From Octopus sinensis (lineage: Eukaryota), in the NCBI RefSeq assembly GCF_006345805.1, contig NC_043001.1:19716001-19780000 (forward strand): a stretch of DNA of 64,000 nt, given 5' to 3'. The notes beneath the pieces are model-generated. The model saw only the letters and a program-made list of their open reading frames with translations, was not told the origin of the DNA and did not search any database. A program made the translations under genes and the position numbers. Below are positions 1 to 13,104 of this stretch, in pieces (the stretch's first letter is position 1; every line of letters begins with the position of its first letter).

Positions 1-120
1 AATTTTTCCCTTTTTCTGACTAGTATACATTAATCTAGTATTTAAAATTTCCTTTTCAGAATAACTGTTTTCTCAATAGATCCTATTCGCAAGTGAGAGA
101 CTGTTTTTTAAGATGGCATT

Positions 121-348
121 TTAACCCTTTAGTGTTTAAACCGGCCATATCCAGCCCAAATATTCTAAACGTTTTATATTCAAACTGGCGATATCTAGCC
201 TCTCACACCTAACCTACAATGTCATGCTAAAAATAAACAATCACATCACTGAAACCTCAAAGCTATAAGATAATGCATGATTAATTCAAAACAATTTGAG
301 TGAAAAAGTATTACATTTAACAGAGTAATCTGAACACTAAAGGGTTAA
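121..348. mobile_element. piggyBac-like MITE (family P1); decayed relatives near 32700-32925 and 36880-37080
   Basis: TTAA|CCCTTTAG ... CTAAAGGG|TTAA termini. Confidence 0.7.
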
Positions 349-554
349 AGCAGCCAATTTTGTCCGCTGTTGAAAATGTTAGGAGAATGCATAAGTACTT
401 TTGTTAATGATCCTGAAAAAGAAATTATTTAATGTCCATTATGCTCAAAACTCACATATAAAGTACATTAAACATCATAGCTAGCTAAAAAATAGTTTAA
501 TTTTGAAGTTATAATGGTTATAATAGCAGTAAAAATTGCATTTCAAAAACTGAC

Positions 555-940
555 CTTCCTCTTCAAAGCCAGCTCCTGACAGTTGCTAACTCTCTACAAG
601 TCTGAAGTGAGATCCCCAACAGAATACTGCTCATTTGATTCACTGCAACTGTTGCCATTGAACACAAACATCCTAGACTGGTTTGTACAGAGTCACTCAC
701 CTACTCACTCCAAACTTTGATCCACAGACATGCTCTTGGCTTTTGTCTTTTTTATTGTTACCAGTGGCCTCTGCTCTTTGGGGCAAGCTGATCTCATGCT
801 CCTTCCCTTTACATTCACATGACTCACCCATCACCCACATTGTGTCTATTCCCTACATTGCACTGCACTAACAACTTCACCCAATCACTCCTCCCTAAAT
901 ATCAAACTTTTTGGATTCCCTACCAACCCATGTTTTCCTT
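555..940 (+). mobile_element. Decayed CR1/L2-like LINE reverse transcriptase C-terminal fragment
   Basis: Translation QLLTLYKSEVRSPTEYCS resembles the CR1 LYKxxVRPxLEY motif; broken by frameshifts. Confidence 0.45.
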
Positions 941-1089
941 GTCAACAAGCTGATGAATATAGGAAAAGACAGTTGATTCAAGAATTACGTATCTCTTCCT
1001 CAAGTCAAAAATAAATTTTTAGATACAAAAATCACTTTCACAAAAAAAACAAATATTCAAATTTCTAAAAAACATCCAGAATATGTTGG

Positions 1090-2110
1090 ACATCATCATC
1101 ATTATCATTATCATTTAACATCCTTTTTCCATGCTGGCATGGGTTGGACACCTTGAGTGAAAACTGGTAAACTGGGGAGCTGCACCAGGTTTCAGTCTGA
1201 TTTGGCATGGTTTCTACAGCTAACCCTTCCTAGTACCAACCACTCCAAGAGTGTAATGGGTACTTATACATGCCACCAGCACAGGTGCCATTTTCATGAC
1301 ACCAGTATCTGTCAAGACTATGATTTTACTTGGTTTGATGGGTCTTCTTCTCAAGCACAGCATAATACCAGAGGTCATTGTCACTCATCATTGCCTCGGT
1401 AAGACCCAACACATGTAAGGTACTTTTCACGTGCCACCTTGCTTCTGTGAGGCTCAACACTTGAAAGGTACTTTTTACGTGCCACTGGCACAGGTGCCAG
1501 TTGTGACACTAGCATCAGCCACAACTATGATTTCACTTGGCTTGATAGGCCTTCTTAAGCACCGCATATCGCCCAGTCTTCGTCACTAGTCATTGCCTCT
1601 GTGAGGTCCAAAGTTTGAAGATCATGCTTCACCACCTTATCCCATGTCTTCCTGGGTCTACCTCTTCCACATGTTCCCTCCACAGTTAGAGATCAGCACT
1701 TCATTACACAGATGTCCTCGCCCATATGCATCACATGACCATATCAGCATAGTTGTCTCTCTTGCACACCACATCTGATGTCTCTTATGCCCAACTTTTC
1801 TGTCAAGATGCTTACACTCTGTTGTACATGCACACTAATATTGCACATCCAGCAAAGCATACTAGCTTCATTCTTTCAAGCCTATGCATGTCCTCAGCTG
1901 TCACAGCCTATGTTCCACTGCCATGTAGCATAGCTATTCACACACAGGCATCATACAATCTGCCTTTCACTCTGTTGCCAGCAGAAGTAGGAGCTCTCTG
2001 AACTTTGCCCAGCATTTTCTTATTCTCACAGTTATGCTCTGAGCATCCACTTATGTTACTAACTTGGTCACCTCTAACTTACCCCACTGGCAGTTGATGG
2101 AATCTATTTT
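1090..2110 (-). mobile_element. 5'-truncated RTE-clade LINE: RT C-terminus, 3' UTR and (GAT)n tail
   Basis: Minus-strand translation IRCGVQERQLC*YGHVMHM is the RTE RRLRWYGHV motif, followed by the same tail as the many (CAT)n repeats. Confidence 0.75.
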
Positions 2111-3700
2111 CTGTGCTTATTGTACCTGTGTATCTTCCACATACAAAAACTATTTTCCCTGTTAATCTTTTTGTCACTATATTTCTGACCAAAATACACT
2201 TCATGAGTTTCAATTAGATTCTAAAATAATCATAAATTTAGACTAGTTTCATTAAACAACTGTAACTTTTTTACGTATCAACATATTAATGCGAAATTTG
2301 GAACATAATTGAAGAAAGGGTTCTTAATCAATTCTATTGCATAATTTTTGTCTCAAAGTGACTCTAATTACAGGTAAATGTAAAAATATTTCAATTCTGT
2401 TTAAACATTACCATAGAAAATGAGTCCTCAGCTATTTAAATGAGGTATGCAACAAAATTTTGATATAGAAAAATTGTGCACATCACTAGATTATCAGTTG
2501 AATTTAATGCACAGAAGAACAGGTGTACCATAAAGGTAAAATAAACTAAAATACTGGAATTTGTTTTTGAAGAAAACTAGAAAATTAACCTTCCTGATAT
2601 TGCTGCATTGCTTATGTCCATAGCTTAGTGGGCACATCTTATGAATTTTCTACCTACGTCTTTTCTACAGATCAAGTATGGCCATCTACCCAAAGGGATT
2701 TGTCTGCCTTCCTACTTACTAAGACTTTGGTTTTTGCTAGGTTAACTCAAAGGTCCTTCAATTCTAGACCTTGCTTCCGTACCTGAAACTTCTTTAGTTC
2801 TGGTAGTGATTATATGTGTGTGTATATATATATATATATATAGACTGAAGTCTGGTGCACCTTCCAGTGTGCCAGTCCAGTCAAACTGTCCAACACATGA
2901 ACCCATGCCAAAGTGAACAATGGACATTAAATGATGATGGGCTTCTTTCGGTGTCTGTCCACCATATCCACTCACAAGGCTTTGGGCTACAGCCTGGTCT
3001 GGGAATCGAAACCGCAATCCTACAACGAGTTCACTGCCCTAACCACTGGGCCATTGCGCCTCCACAGCTGCGAGGTTATTAGGGTAATTTTCAAATACAT
3101 ACTGACTATAAACAAAATGCTTTTGCTTTATTCAATATTAAAAATATTTTTTTAATACTTGATTTTTATTTTCTTTTACTTGTTTCAGTCATTAGTCTGC
3201 AGCCATGGTGGGGGCACCCCCTTGAAGAATTTTCAATCAAATTGACCCCAGTACTTTTTTCTTTTAAACCTGATATTTATTTTATCAGTCTCTTGGCGGA
3301 ACCACTAAGTTACAGGGATGTAAACAAACACTGGCTGATAAGTGGTGGCAGAGGATAAACACACACACATATATATATATAATAATAATAATAAAGCTAG
3401 TTTTCTTGGCTGCTATTTCTAAATTTCGGTATGTGGTGAAGCAAATTTTTTTTTGCTGAACCCTAATTATAATTATACTCATAATTATAAATATTATTTT
3501 ATGGCATTAGGAAGGGCATCCAGCTGTAGAAACATTGCCAGATAAGACTGGAGCCTGGTGCAGCCTTCTGGCTTCCCAGATCCCCGGTCGAACCGTCCAA
3601 CCCATGCTAGCATGGAGAACGGACGTTAAACGATGATGATGATGATGATATATATATATATGTGCTAGCACGGAAAACGGACGTTAAACGATGATGATGA

Positions 3701-4060
3701 TCTATATATATAAATGACAAAACGTCTGTCTGTGTGTGTGTGCCCTTTATACAAATCCACAATTTTTCAGTTAGAGGGCTCGCACTTTCTATGGTCATTC
3801 AAACTCGTCCAAGGGTGGTTGCGCACATCTTTACATTTCCCCAGTCACCCGGCAAAGCCATTAAAAAAATCAATAGAAGTGACTTTTTTGTGAAATTTCT
3901 ATCCAAATCCCAATCAAAATGCCCGAAACTTGATACGCCAATTGAATGCCAGCTAGCTGTATGTAATTGGTCGGAGATTTGGACAGTACTCGTGTGTATG
4001 TGCGCACGCACGCAGCGGTATATGCATGCACTAGCACTATGACCCGGCGTTAGTTAGTTA
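3701..4060 (+). mobile_element. Helitron-like non-autonomous element (family H1); second copy 59833-60178
   Basis: A|TC-tatatatataa 5' end; two highly similar copies of about 350 bp; canonical 3' CTAG end is not clear. Confidence 0.55.
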
Positions 4061-4326
4061 GTTAATTTTTTGGCTCAAAAAGCAGAAAGCAAGGCCATGT
4101 AGGGGGACATGGAGTTATGTACAGGGTGGTGTTCATGTAAAGAGTTCAGGCCACTTGAGGGGTCATAGTGCTAATATTTAGTATTTTAAATACTATTCAA
4201 TTTAATATTTAATACATTAATTTATAGATTAAAAAATCAATTTGAAAAGAAACAACAAAAATACAAACAAAATTTTATTTAATTTTGAAATAATTAAAAA
4301 TTGTAAAATTTCTAAATATTTTTTCC

Positions 4327-4866
4327 TCAGTCATATTTTCCTTGTAGCCAATCAAAACGAGAATATTTATTATCGCCACGCTTATACCAAGCTTCTTTAG
4401 ACCATTTCCAAAATGCTGCTGTTTTTACACCTCCTTTTGAGTAATCTTCCCTCCATAACTCTCCTTTAGTTTTAAATTCCATCTGTTTGTGACGAGGTTT
4501 TAAGTTACACTCAACATACAAACGACGATGCCTATAAACAAAATAACATCCTTTGCACCTGAGTTTTGGATACAGCTTCATTTTGTAAGTACGTTTTTGT
4601 TGCCAAGGGAATCCAGTAGTTGGCAGAATGGAAAACAAACTCGAATTATTAGACAAAAGACAGGATGGTGATTTCGAAATTAAAGGTCCACTAGGAACAT
4701 TAAAGTTCTTTGTAGAAAAAGACTGGCTGCATGTTGACGTGGTACTTAAGGCTCGAAGAACTGTTTGGTTAGAATTTCCTGATATAATAGTCTTTTGAAT
4801 GATTCCATTGAATATAGATGAAAAGTTTCTATGTAAGTTCAATGAAGCTCTTAGTACACAATTCAT
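4327..4866 (-). CDS. MRPL36: Mitochondrial ribosomal protein bL36m, 179 aa, single coding exon
   Basis: L36 Zn-ribbon LRCKGCYFVYRHRRLYVECNLKPRHKQ, preceded by a long S/T/R-rich, acid-poor presequence. A pyrimidine tract plus tgcag| acceptor puts the exon start at 4876 and the ATG at 4866, so the first 26 aa of the ORF-track protein are intronic. AATAAA lies at 4279-4274. Confidence 0.92.
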   Translation of the reverse strand: MNCVLRASLNLHRNFSSIFNGIIQKTIISGNSNQTVLRALSTTSTCSQSFSTKNFNVPSGPLISKSPSCLLSNNSSLFSILPTTGFPWQQKRTYKMKLYPKLRCKGCYFVYRHRRLYVECNLKPRHKQMEFKTKGELWREDYSKGGVKTAAFWKWSKEAWYKRGDNKYSRFDWLQGKYD

Positions 4867-5570
4867 CTTGACATACCTGCATAACAAAAGCAAAAAATAA
4901 ATAGTCTTTTTGATATTGAACTGTATTTGTGACATGGAACACAATCATATTGCTTCACATCCACTTTTCCACACTTGCATGAATCAGACAAAATTTTGCT
5001 GAGATAGGTTTTCTACATTTTGATACTCTTCCTTTCACCAATCCTCATCTGTTTGCAGGCAAAGCAATATTTTTCAAGACCAAGCATGTTCTTCATGGAA
5101 AACCAGAAACAAGTAACATCATTTATACATTGGTTATGTTCATTTACAATCATCACATGCTGTCAAGACAAGGGTACACACACATGCTTTAATCAGCCTG
5201 GGGTAACAGGACACTTGCCCAGGGCCATGTAAAGACACTAAATCCAAGACTACATGATTGGAAAGCAAGCTTCTGTACCACACCCATGCACACACCTATC
5301 AAACATAACCATACTGGTCCACATAAAAACCATCCAGTATATTCTGTAAAGTGGCTGATGTTAGGAAGGGCATCCAGCCATATAAACCAAACCAAATCAG
5401 ACTAGAAGCTGGTGCTGTACTCCAGTTTGCCAGCTCTGGTCAAACCATCTAATCCATGCCAGTATGGAAAACAGACATTAAATGATGATAATTTTAAAAA
5501 AAGGTTAAGTGGAAATCACTAGGAATCTGAATTGAAGGACCAAATGTATTATATTATACTACAAAGTATA

Positions 5571-5965
5571 GGCGCAGGAGTGGATGTGTGGTAAGCAGCT
5601 TGCTAACCAACCACATGGTTCCGGGTTCAGTCCCACTGCGTGGCATCTTGGGCAAGTGTCTTCTGCTATAGCCCCGGGCCGACCAATGCCTTGTGAGTGG
5701 ATTTGGTAGACGGAAACTGAAAGAAGCCTGTCGTATATATGTATATGTGTGTGTTTGTGTGTCTGTGTTTGTTCCCCCTAACATCGCTTGACAACCGATG
5801 CTGGTGTGTTTTTGTCCCCGTCACTTAACGGTTCGGCAAAAGAGACCGATAGAATAAGTACTGGGCTTACAAAGAATAAGTCCCGGGATCGATTTGCTCG
5901 TCTAAAGGCGGTGCTCCAGCATGAACGCAGTCAAATGACTGAAACAAGTATAAGAGTAAGAGTAA
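5571..5965 (+). mobile_element. tRNA-derived SINE family S1; other near-full copies 40823-41224 (+), 56359-56775 (+), 63474-63853 (-); partials near 3160, 6740, 24950, 31490, 36140, 52680, 58190
   Basis: Head GGCGCAGGAGTGG...GGTTCAGTCCC, CORE-like ccttgggcaagtgtctt, internal (TA/TG)n tract, and gagtaaaa tail. Confidence 0.85.
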
Positions 5966-7702
5966 AGTACAGGATTTAAAAACATCTTGGATTAACTTCC
6001 TCTGTCATTCCTAGAAAGTTGATTAACATACTTCCTACTAGAATAAGCTGTAGTTTTTTTTCAATAAAAAATGTTTCAAACAAAGAAATATAGAGTCAGG
6101 TGTTGCTCAGCAGTAGCATATTTTTTTGAATGAGGAGAGTTTGAGTTTGTACCCTTTCAAATACCAAAGATTGATTGAGCCAATGAGGAAACTTCTGTGT
6201 GGAGTGCAAACCTGAGAAAATAGCAGTCAAATTTCCCTCTAATCTCTTCTGTCTTGCAAAAAGGGAAGAACACTATTTGATGTATCTTAAATACTGCAAA
6301 AAATACTGGAAGCTCAAGGTTGATAAATCTTAGATCACAGGTCTGCTGACCTGTGAATACACTAAGACAACACACCACAAAGGTTTATTTATTTGCATGC
6401 AACAATAAATTCAAGAAGAATCACTGATGGCAAATTTCTTCTCACACTAGAGACCAATGTGTAAATTATTATTTTATTTTTTTTTTGCTGTTATGAAATC
6501 TTATTGCTATATGGATGGCATAATGTTAGCTAGGTACATTTCTACATTCAACGGTTGTGAAAACTCAAGTCAACAGATCTGCTATAAATAGCAGCCAAGT
6601 CTCCTCAAATCAAACTCCATCATCATTAAAAAGAAAGGATACATTGGATAGTTGATACATTTAACAACACAAGATGGTTATATCTTGACTAATTTTGATC
6701 ACAGGTTAACTGGAGGTTAAGCAACAACTGTTAACTTGGCGGTTCGGCAAAAGTGACCGATAGAATAAGTACTAGGCTTGCAAAGAATAAGTCCTGGGGG
6801 CGATTTGCTCGACTAAAGACTGAAACAAGTATTTAATACTTTGTGAAGATGATGAAATGAGGAAAGAAATCAGTGTGATGGTCGCACAAATCTAGATTCT
6901 GCATATTGGTACACTCGGCACAACTATATGCCGGTACACTAATCATATTAAGCTATATCAAAAAGGCTGGAATTATTTTCAGTTTTAAGTAGAATCGTAA
7001 TTAGATGGGAGAAGGTTTAAACTGTGTAATTTATTAGGAATCCTGTACCGTATTCTTTTTCAACAAATCAATTAAATTAAAACACTAGGAATTAATTTTT
7101 AAAAATTCAACTTCCTAAAAGAATAATACCCCATAATATACAATTCGTATGTGTCAAATATTTATATGTGTTATAACAATTAGAAATGAATATCTCATAA
7201 AATGTATTAACAATACAATTGTATTGTAACTTAAAAATTTTGTGGTATATACAGATACAGTTTTATAAACATGAAAGGGACATTTGACTTCAAAGAAACA
7301 TTGAAAACGGTGTAGGTCATATATTAGTGTAAAAACATGAAGGCGGTAACGTGAGACAAAACAAAGCAATGTAAGCACAGAAATTATTTGAAGAAGAAAA
7401 AGAATACTTTATACCATGTGTGTCAACAAATGTAGGCTGTTAATTTTCTACAATATATACTTTTCTCAATACGAAGTGAAGTCGTAAGTCACATTTTAAA
7501 AGGAAATGTGGTCTCGCCAAGGGAGATAATCGTGTATGCACAGTAACTAACAAGGTCATAACAATAGGTTCTTCAAAGATAACTGGAAAATACTCTTGTC
7601 AAGGAAGGATTCTGTATGTGGGCCATCGATTTTGCTACAAATAGTTGTCAATGTCCCAAATCACACACTGCTGTCTCCAAAAAAATTGAGTATGTTAGAT
7701 AA

Positions 7703-8097
7703 TCTTTATATATAAAAGTCAAGTTGTGTGTCTATCTCCTACGATTTAGATTCCTAACTACTCCCACATTTTGCGGTGCAGTTTAACCAAAACCGGGTAT
7801 CTTATAGTCGTAATTCATATCGAGCCCTTCTGGGTATTAGCGTGCGTCTACGATGAGTCTACGATTTAAAAAAAAATTACCATCATTTTTTCCCATTTTA
7901 ATGCATTTTTCGCTATTATATAAGGGAGGTAACTCTCTAAAAATGACTACGATGAGTCAACGATTTAAAAAAAAATTTACCATCATTTTATTTCCATTTT
8001 CAATGCATTTCTTTGCTATTTTTGGCTATAACTCTCTAAAAATGCTTATATAGTTATTTTCCTTACAAACCCGAGCAACGCCGGGCGATACTGCTAG
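7703..8097 (+). mobile_element. Non-autonomous Helitron (family H2)
   Basis: A|TC 5' end; 3' hairpin cccgagcaacgccggg followed by CTAG|T; internal duplication of about 95 bp. Confidence 0.78.
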
Positions 8098-8394
8098 TAT
8101 AATCTATTTGCAAAAAGAGAAATAATTACTTCCAACCTTGTACTGGGGTTGAACAATCATTCTACAATAAAATAGGGTTGGAAAGAGGCGTGTTGTTGTT
8201 AGTAACCCCCAGTCAATTTTCTTCTTAAAGAGATACAAATACCTTGTTGATTGTGTCAAGAAAACATGGAAAACTTTATTGTTTTCTTTTTCGTCGGAAC
8301 TAAATGCTCTTTTGTAACAGTTAGGGCATATTTGTTCAGACAATTATTATCTTGGGAGCCGATTCGATTAAGATTTGGATCTAGTTTGTTTCAT

Positions 8395-8835
8395 TCACAG
8401 AATCTGCAGAGCTACACAAGAAGCACCTAGTGACTCTTTTTCATAGGTTGGAACAGTATGGGTTAGTAATCAACCTCGCCAAGTACGTTTTTGGTGCGAC
8501 AGAAATCGACTTCTTGGGACATCGAATCACAAGTGCCGGTGCTACATCCCTGCCAGGTAGTGTAAAAGCTATCCTATCCTTTCCACGCCCCCACCACAAG
8601 CAAGGCTCTACGTCAATTTGTGGGCATGGTAAACTTTTACCATCGCTTCATCTCTTCTGCAGCAAAAGTGATGAGGTCCCTGTACAAGGCATTGTCAAAA
8701 AAAAGGTGCAAAAAGACAGGTGGAGTGGGACAGTACAATGACTTCAGCCTTTGAATCCATAAAACAAGCCCTGGCCCAAGCAACCGTGCTGTCACATCCT
8801 CACATCTCAGCTCAGACTGCACTCACAGTTGACGC
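8395..8835 (+). mobile_element. Ty3/Gypsy pol remnant (RT C-terminus into RNase H)
   Basis: LEQYGLVINLAK...IDFLGH, LRQFVGMVNFYHRF and AFESIKQAL...LTVDAS occur across frameshifted ORFs. Confidence 0.85.
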
Positions 8836-8920
8836 ATCCATCTATACCTATTATCGGATTTTGTTAGGGCCTCATATGGTAAAGATGTGGATGGGGAAAA
8901 TGTGGGTAGAGGGTGATGTG

Positions 8921-9340
8921 CTAGCGGCGAGCTAGCAGAAACGTTAGCACGCCGGGCGAAATGCCAAGCGGTATTTCGTCTGCCGCTACGTTCTGGGTTC
9001 AAATTCCGCCGAGGTCGACTTTGCCTTTCATCCTTTCGGGTTCGATAAATTAAGTACTAGTTACGTACTGGGGTCGATGTAATCGACTTAATACCTATGT
9101 CTGTCCTTGTTTGTCTCCTCTGTCTTTAGCCCCTTGTGGGTAATAAAGAAATAGGTATTTCGTCTGCCGCTACGTTCTGAGTTCAAATTCCGCCGAGGTC
9201 GACTTTGCCTTTCATCCTTTAGGGGTCGATTAAATAAGTACCAGTTACGCACTGGGGTCGATGTAATCGACTTAATCCGTTTGTCTGTCCTTGTTTGTCC
9301 TCTCTGTGTTTAGCCCCTTGTGGGTAGTAAAGAAATAGAT
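8921..9340 (+). mobile_element. tRNA-derived SINE family S2, head-to-tail dimer; other copies near 10460(-), 10665(+), 10870(-), 12010(-), 12640-13020(-), 14030, 16925, 28100(-), 28800(-), 31220, 43280-43650(-), 61082-61678, 61990(-)
   Basis: Head GGCGAGCTGGCAGAA...GAGTTCAAATTCC and central gcctttcatcctttcggggtcgataaa, which resembles the Meta-SINE-type domain (from recall). Confidence 0.85.
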
Positions 9341-9629
9341 GTGTTAGCAACCCTCTCCCCTTACTGTTTTACAAAGTAAACAACAACACAAATAACTACG
9401 CAGAGGCAGCCATGGTTGAAACAAGAACAACAACAACAGGCATTATTAAAAGAGAAAAGAAGCATGGTAATTCCTTATTCAAGTGATCTTATCTTCTCGC
9501 CCACCACTTGTTAGAGCAAATAAACTGGTTTGATAGTTGAGCTCTGAGTGCTGTATGCAAATGAATTCATAAATAGGTCCGGAAATCTCATGGATAAAAA
9601 AAAAAAAAAGATTTCGCAGGCGGGACATC

Positions 9630-9910
9630 TCTTAATAATATAATGAAATTAATTGTATACAGTGCTCAGGTGCACCACAACTTGTCAGAAAGTGCATATA
9701 AAGTACATGCAGTAATGTAAAAATGTCTGGAAAGCGAACAATGTATGAGTCAGATACATGCCTGTGTGTGTATGGAGTGGAGAAAATCAGGTGTAGTGTT
9801 GGCAAATCTCAGAAAGCATGGAAGTTTTGAAGGATGCAGTGCTCTGACAACTAACAACTGATGCCGGCAGTTTGTTCCATGCTTCAGCAACTCTCAGCGT
9901 GAAAAAATGA
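9630..9910 (-). mobile_element. CR1-clade LINE 3' end; second copy 46505-46775
   Basis: Minus-strand translation HFFTLRVAEAWNKLPASVV...HYT* followed by a shared 3' UTR. Confidence 0.78.
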
Positions 9911-9972
9911 GACCAAGATGTTTTGTTTTTTCTTCCACCTGGATGATTCAGTTAATTGCCGGCACCAAATTA

Positions 9973-10388
9973 GGATCTTTTCGGTTTGAACGGCAGTTTT
10001 TTTCTAGCGGTGTCATATCAAATTGTCACCCATAATTATGACCCTAGTATCGATCTATTGCATTTCAATCTGTTTTAGGGTTAGGGTTAGGGTTAGGGGG
10101 GGGAGGGTATCTTTTTTGTTCACAAATGTAAATAAACCCAATCTCTTTCTTAAACGAGGGACATATTCATACGGCCCAGAATGTTTTCACCTCAATAGAC
10201 GTCATTGATTGGTTGAAATTGCAGAAATTGAAGAAAAAAACAACAAATATCTTACAAACCATAGAATTTTCTCAATAAAGCCAAGAGAAAAAGATGTTTT
10301 ATAAATATTCTACCAATATACGAAGTTTAAAAGTGTTTAGTTACGTGGAAATTATTAAAAAAAACTGCCGTTCAAACAGAAAAGATCC
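9973..10388. mobile_element. TIR MITE with GGATC termini and 8-9 bp target duplication; copies 13248-13660 and 33843-34251
   Basis: TIR ggatcttttcggtttgaacggcag. Flanking repeats: cttttacc (copy 2), catttgtgt (copy 3), ccaaatta/ctgaatta (copy 1). Internal TTAGGG repeats. Confidence 0.88.
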
Positions 10389-11246
10389 CTGAATTATATT
10401 ATCCAAAACTTATCGAACCTTATATCTCAGTTATCGATATCAATTCCGGGGAGGAAGTAAATCAATTATGTCGACTCCAATGTTCAACTGGTAGTTATTT
10501 TATCGACTCCGAAAAGATGGAAGACAAAGTCGGCCCCGGCGGCATTTGAACTCAGAACGTAAACTCGGAAGAAGTGCCGCTCAAGCATTTTTTTCCGGCG
10601 CGATAACGATTCTGCCAGCTCGCCGCCTTAAAAGTCTTCTTAATATTGGTTTCAAATTAAAGGTGATGAGATGGCAGAATCGTTAGCACGCCAAGCAAAA
10701 TGTTTAGCATCATTTTATTCGTCTTTACACGCTGAGTTCAAGTTCCACCAAGGTCGTCTTTGCCTTTCGAGGTCAATAAAATAAGTATCATTTGAGCATT
10801 GGATCGATTTAATCGACTTAGTCCATTCCTCAAAATTGCTGGCCTTGTGCCAAAAATTGAAACTAATATTTGTCTCAAATTTTGGCACAAGGCCAGCAAT
10901 TTCGGAGGAGTGGGGTTAAGTCGATTAAATCCACTCCAGTGCTCAACTGGTACTTACTTTATCGACCTCGAAAGGATGAAAGGCAAAGTCAACTCTGACG
11001 GCATTTGAACTCAGAACACAAAGATGGACGAAATGCCACTATGCCTTTTACCGGTCGTGCTAACGGTTCTGCCAGCTCGCCGCCTTCTTAACATTAGCTT
11101 CAGATGATACGGCGACCTGACTGAATTGTTACCGCGCCGAACAAAAATGTGAAACGGCAGAGATTGTTTTGTAAACAATATGATGATGATACCCATGGGA
11201 AAGGTACTTTCTGTAATTTCTTAATATTAGTTTTGTACTGTAAATA

Positions 11247-11461
11247 CGAGGGAGAGCGGAAAAGCTCTTGGCTTTAATTCTCAAGAAAGACCTAGTTGGA
11301 GGCTCAACTTTCCGAGTTCTTTTACAGGGCTTAGAAAAAATGAAGGACCGCTGCAATAAATGTGTGAATCTGAGAGAGGAATATGTTGAATAAAATCATA
11401 ATTAACTTATCCTCCTGTATTTTCTTTTATCCAAAGCCAGGAACTTTTCAGCACCCCTACG
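11247..11461 (+). mobile_element. Mariner-derived MITE
   Basis: TA|CGAGGG...CCCCT(A)CG|TA termini; encodes the transposase tail DRCNKCVNLRGEYVE*. Confidence 0.75.
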
Positions 11462-13104
11462 TAGTTTGGGATCACGAGTAAGCCACAACAGTTTCACGTT
11501 GTTGATTTATAAATCAACTAATCAGCATGAAGTTGTGATGTGATATGGCTTCTCGGATGATCTAAAATTCGTACCCCCCCCCCCTTTTTTAAACCCTACT
11601 TAAACAGTTTGGCGCCTAACTCACAGGCAAACCACCTTGGTACTCAAGCAGACGACCTCAGACACGTGGGCAGATCACCTCGAGCAAGAGACGACTTCGG
11701 AACTCACGATGTATCACAGTTAGCCTTCAACAAGACACTGTGCCAGCAAAGTAAATCATGTCCATCAATAAATATGTCAAAAGTTCGTGAGTTACTTCAT
11801 TTGTAGTGCACGCAGCCAGCTAGACCACGCAACGATGGTCTTCAAACAATACAAAACGCATCAGCAAGCAACCACCACGATGTTAAGTAACCAAGCAACC
11901 TCGCGACAAGATTATCACCGATCGCAATAGAGAACAGCGCAACACATTTTATATTTAAGTCTTATAGATCTGAATAAAACTACATTAAAATAATGGTTTC
12001 AAATTTTGATACAAAGCCAGTAATTTCAGGGACAGGGTTTAGGCAATATCATCGACTCCAGTTCACGAGTGGTACGTATTTTATCAACCCCCAAAAGGAT
12101 GAAACACAAAGTCGATCTCGGCGGCATTTGAATTCAGAGTTTAAAGCCAGAAATACCGCTTGGCATTTTGTCCGGTTCGGGACGGTCCTGCCAACACGCC
12201 GCCTTCAAGCTATATTAAAATAATAATAACAATGTATTATAAACCTGTCTGACATACTTTAAAATAACATTGCACATTAGTGACATATAGCAGTTGTCAT
12301 TTGCAACAGCTGACGTACTGTAAACAATCAGCCCGGATCTCATGGTCCGCTCTGTTTAGTTTCACCAGGGTGCTCTTTCACACGGCTTTGTCAAAACGCA
12401 AGTATTTGCAAATTATTGAAAATACCTGTAGTGTATTTAACATCAACATTTCAGATACATAACAGTTATAATACTACACGCACATACGTGTGTGTGTGTG
12501 TTTTATAGGATTCATTAGAATCTAGGTGCATCAACACGTAGGACGTAGGATGCCAGGACTGGGTAGGTACCATAACATTGAATTTCCAGTGAGGTATCAT
12601 GCGTTGGTAATATACTAATTTCCCAGTGAGGTATCATGAGTTGGTAATATACTAATTTCTTTACTACCCACAAGGGGCTACACACAGAGGTGACAGACAA
12701 ACGGCTTAAGTGCGTAACTGGTACTTATTTAATCGACCCCGAAAGGATGAATGGCAAAGTCGACCTCAGCGGAATTTGAACTCAGAAATACCTATTTCTT
12801 TACTACCCACAAGGAGCTAAACACAGAGAGGACAGACACAGACAGACACACGGATTAAGTCGATTATATCGACACCAGTGCGTAACTGGTACTATTTGAT
12901 CGACCCCGAAAGGATGAAAGGCAAAGTCGACCTCGGCGGAATTTGAACTCAGAACGTATAGACGGATGAAATACCGCTAGGCGTTTCGCCCGGCGTGCTA
13001 ACGCTCTTGCTAGCTCGCGGGTATGTATATATGTAGGTACCAAATCCAATATAAACCATAGATCCGACTCAGAGTTGGTTCCAGGTGTTGCATAGGTATA
13101 AAAA

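Noticed and set aside
4867-4944. N-terminal 26 aa of the 205-aa ORF
   Set aside because: They overlap a polypyrimidine tract and AG acceptor at 4878-4877, so they are intronic.
10073-10100. TTAGGG repeats as a telomere or chromosome fusion scar
   Set aside because: Only 2-4 units, at the same internal position in every copy of a MITE.
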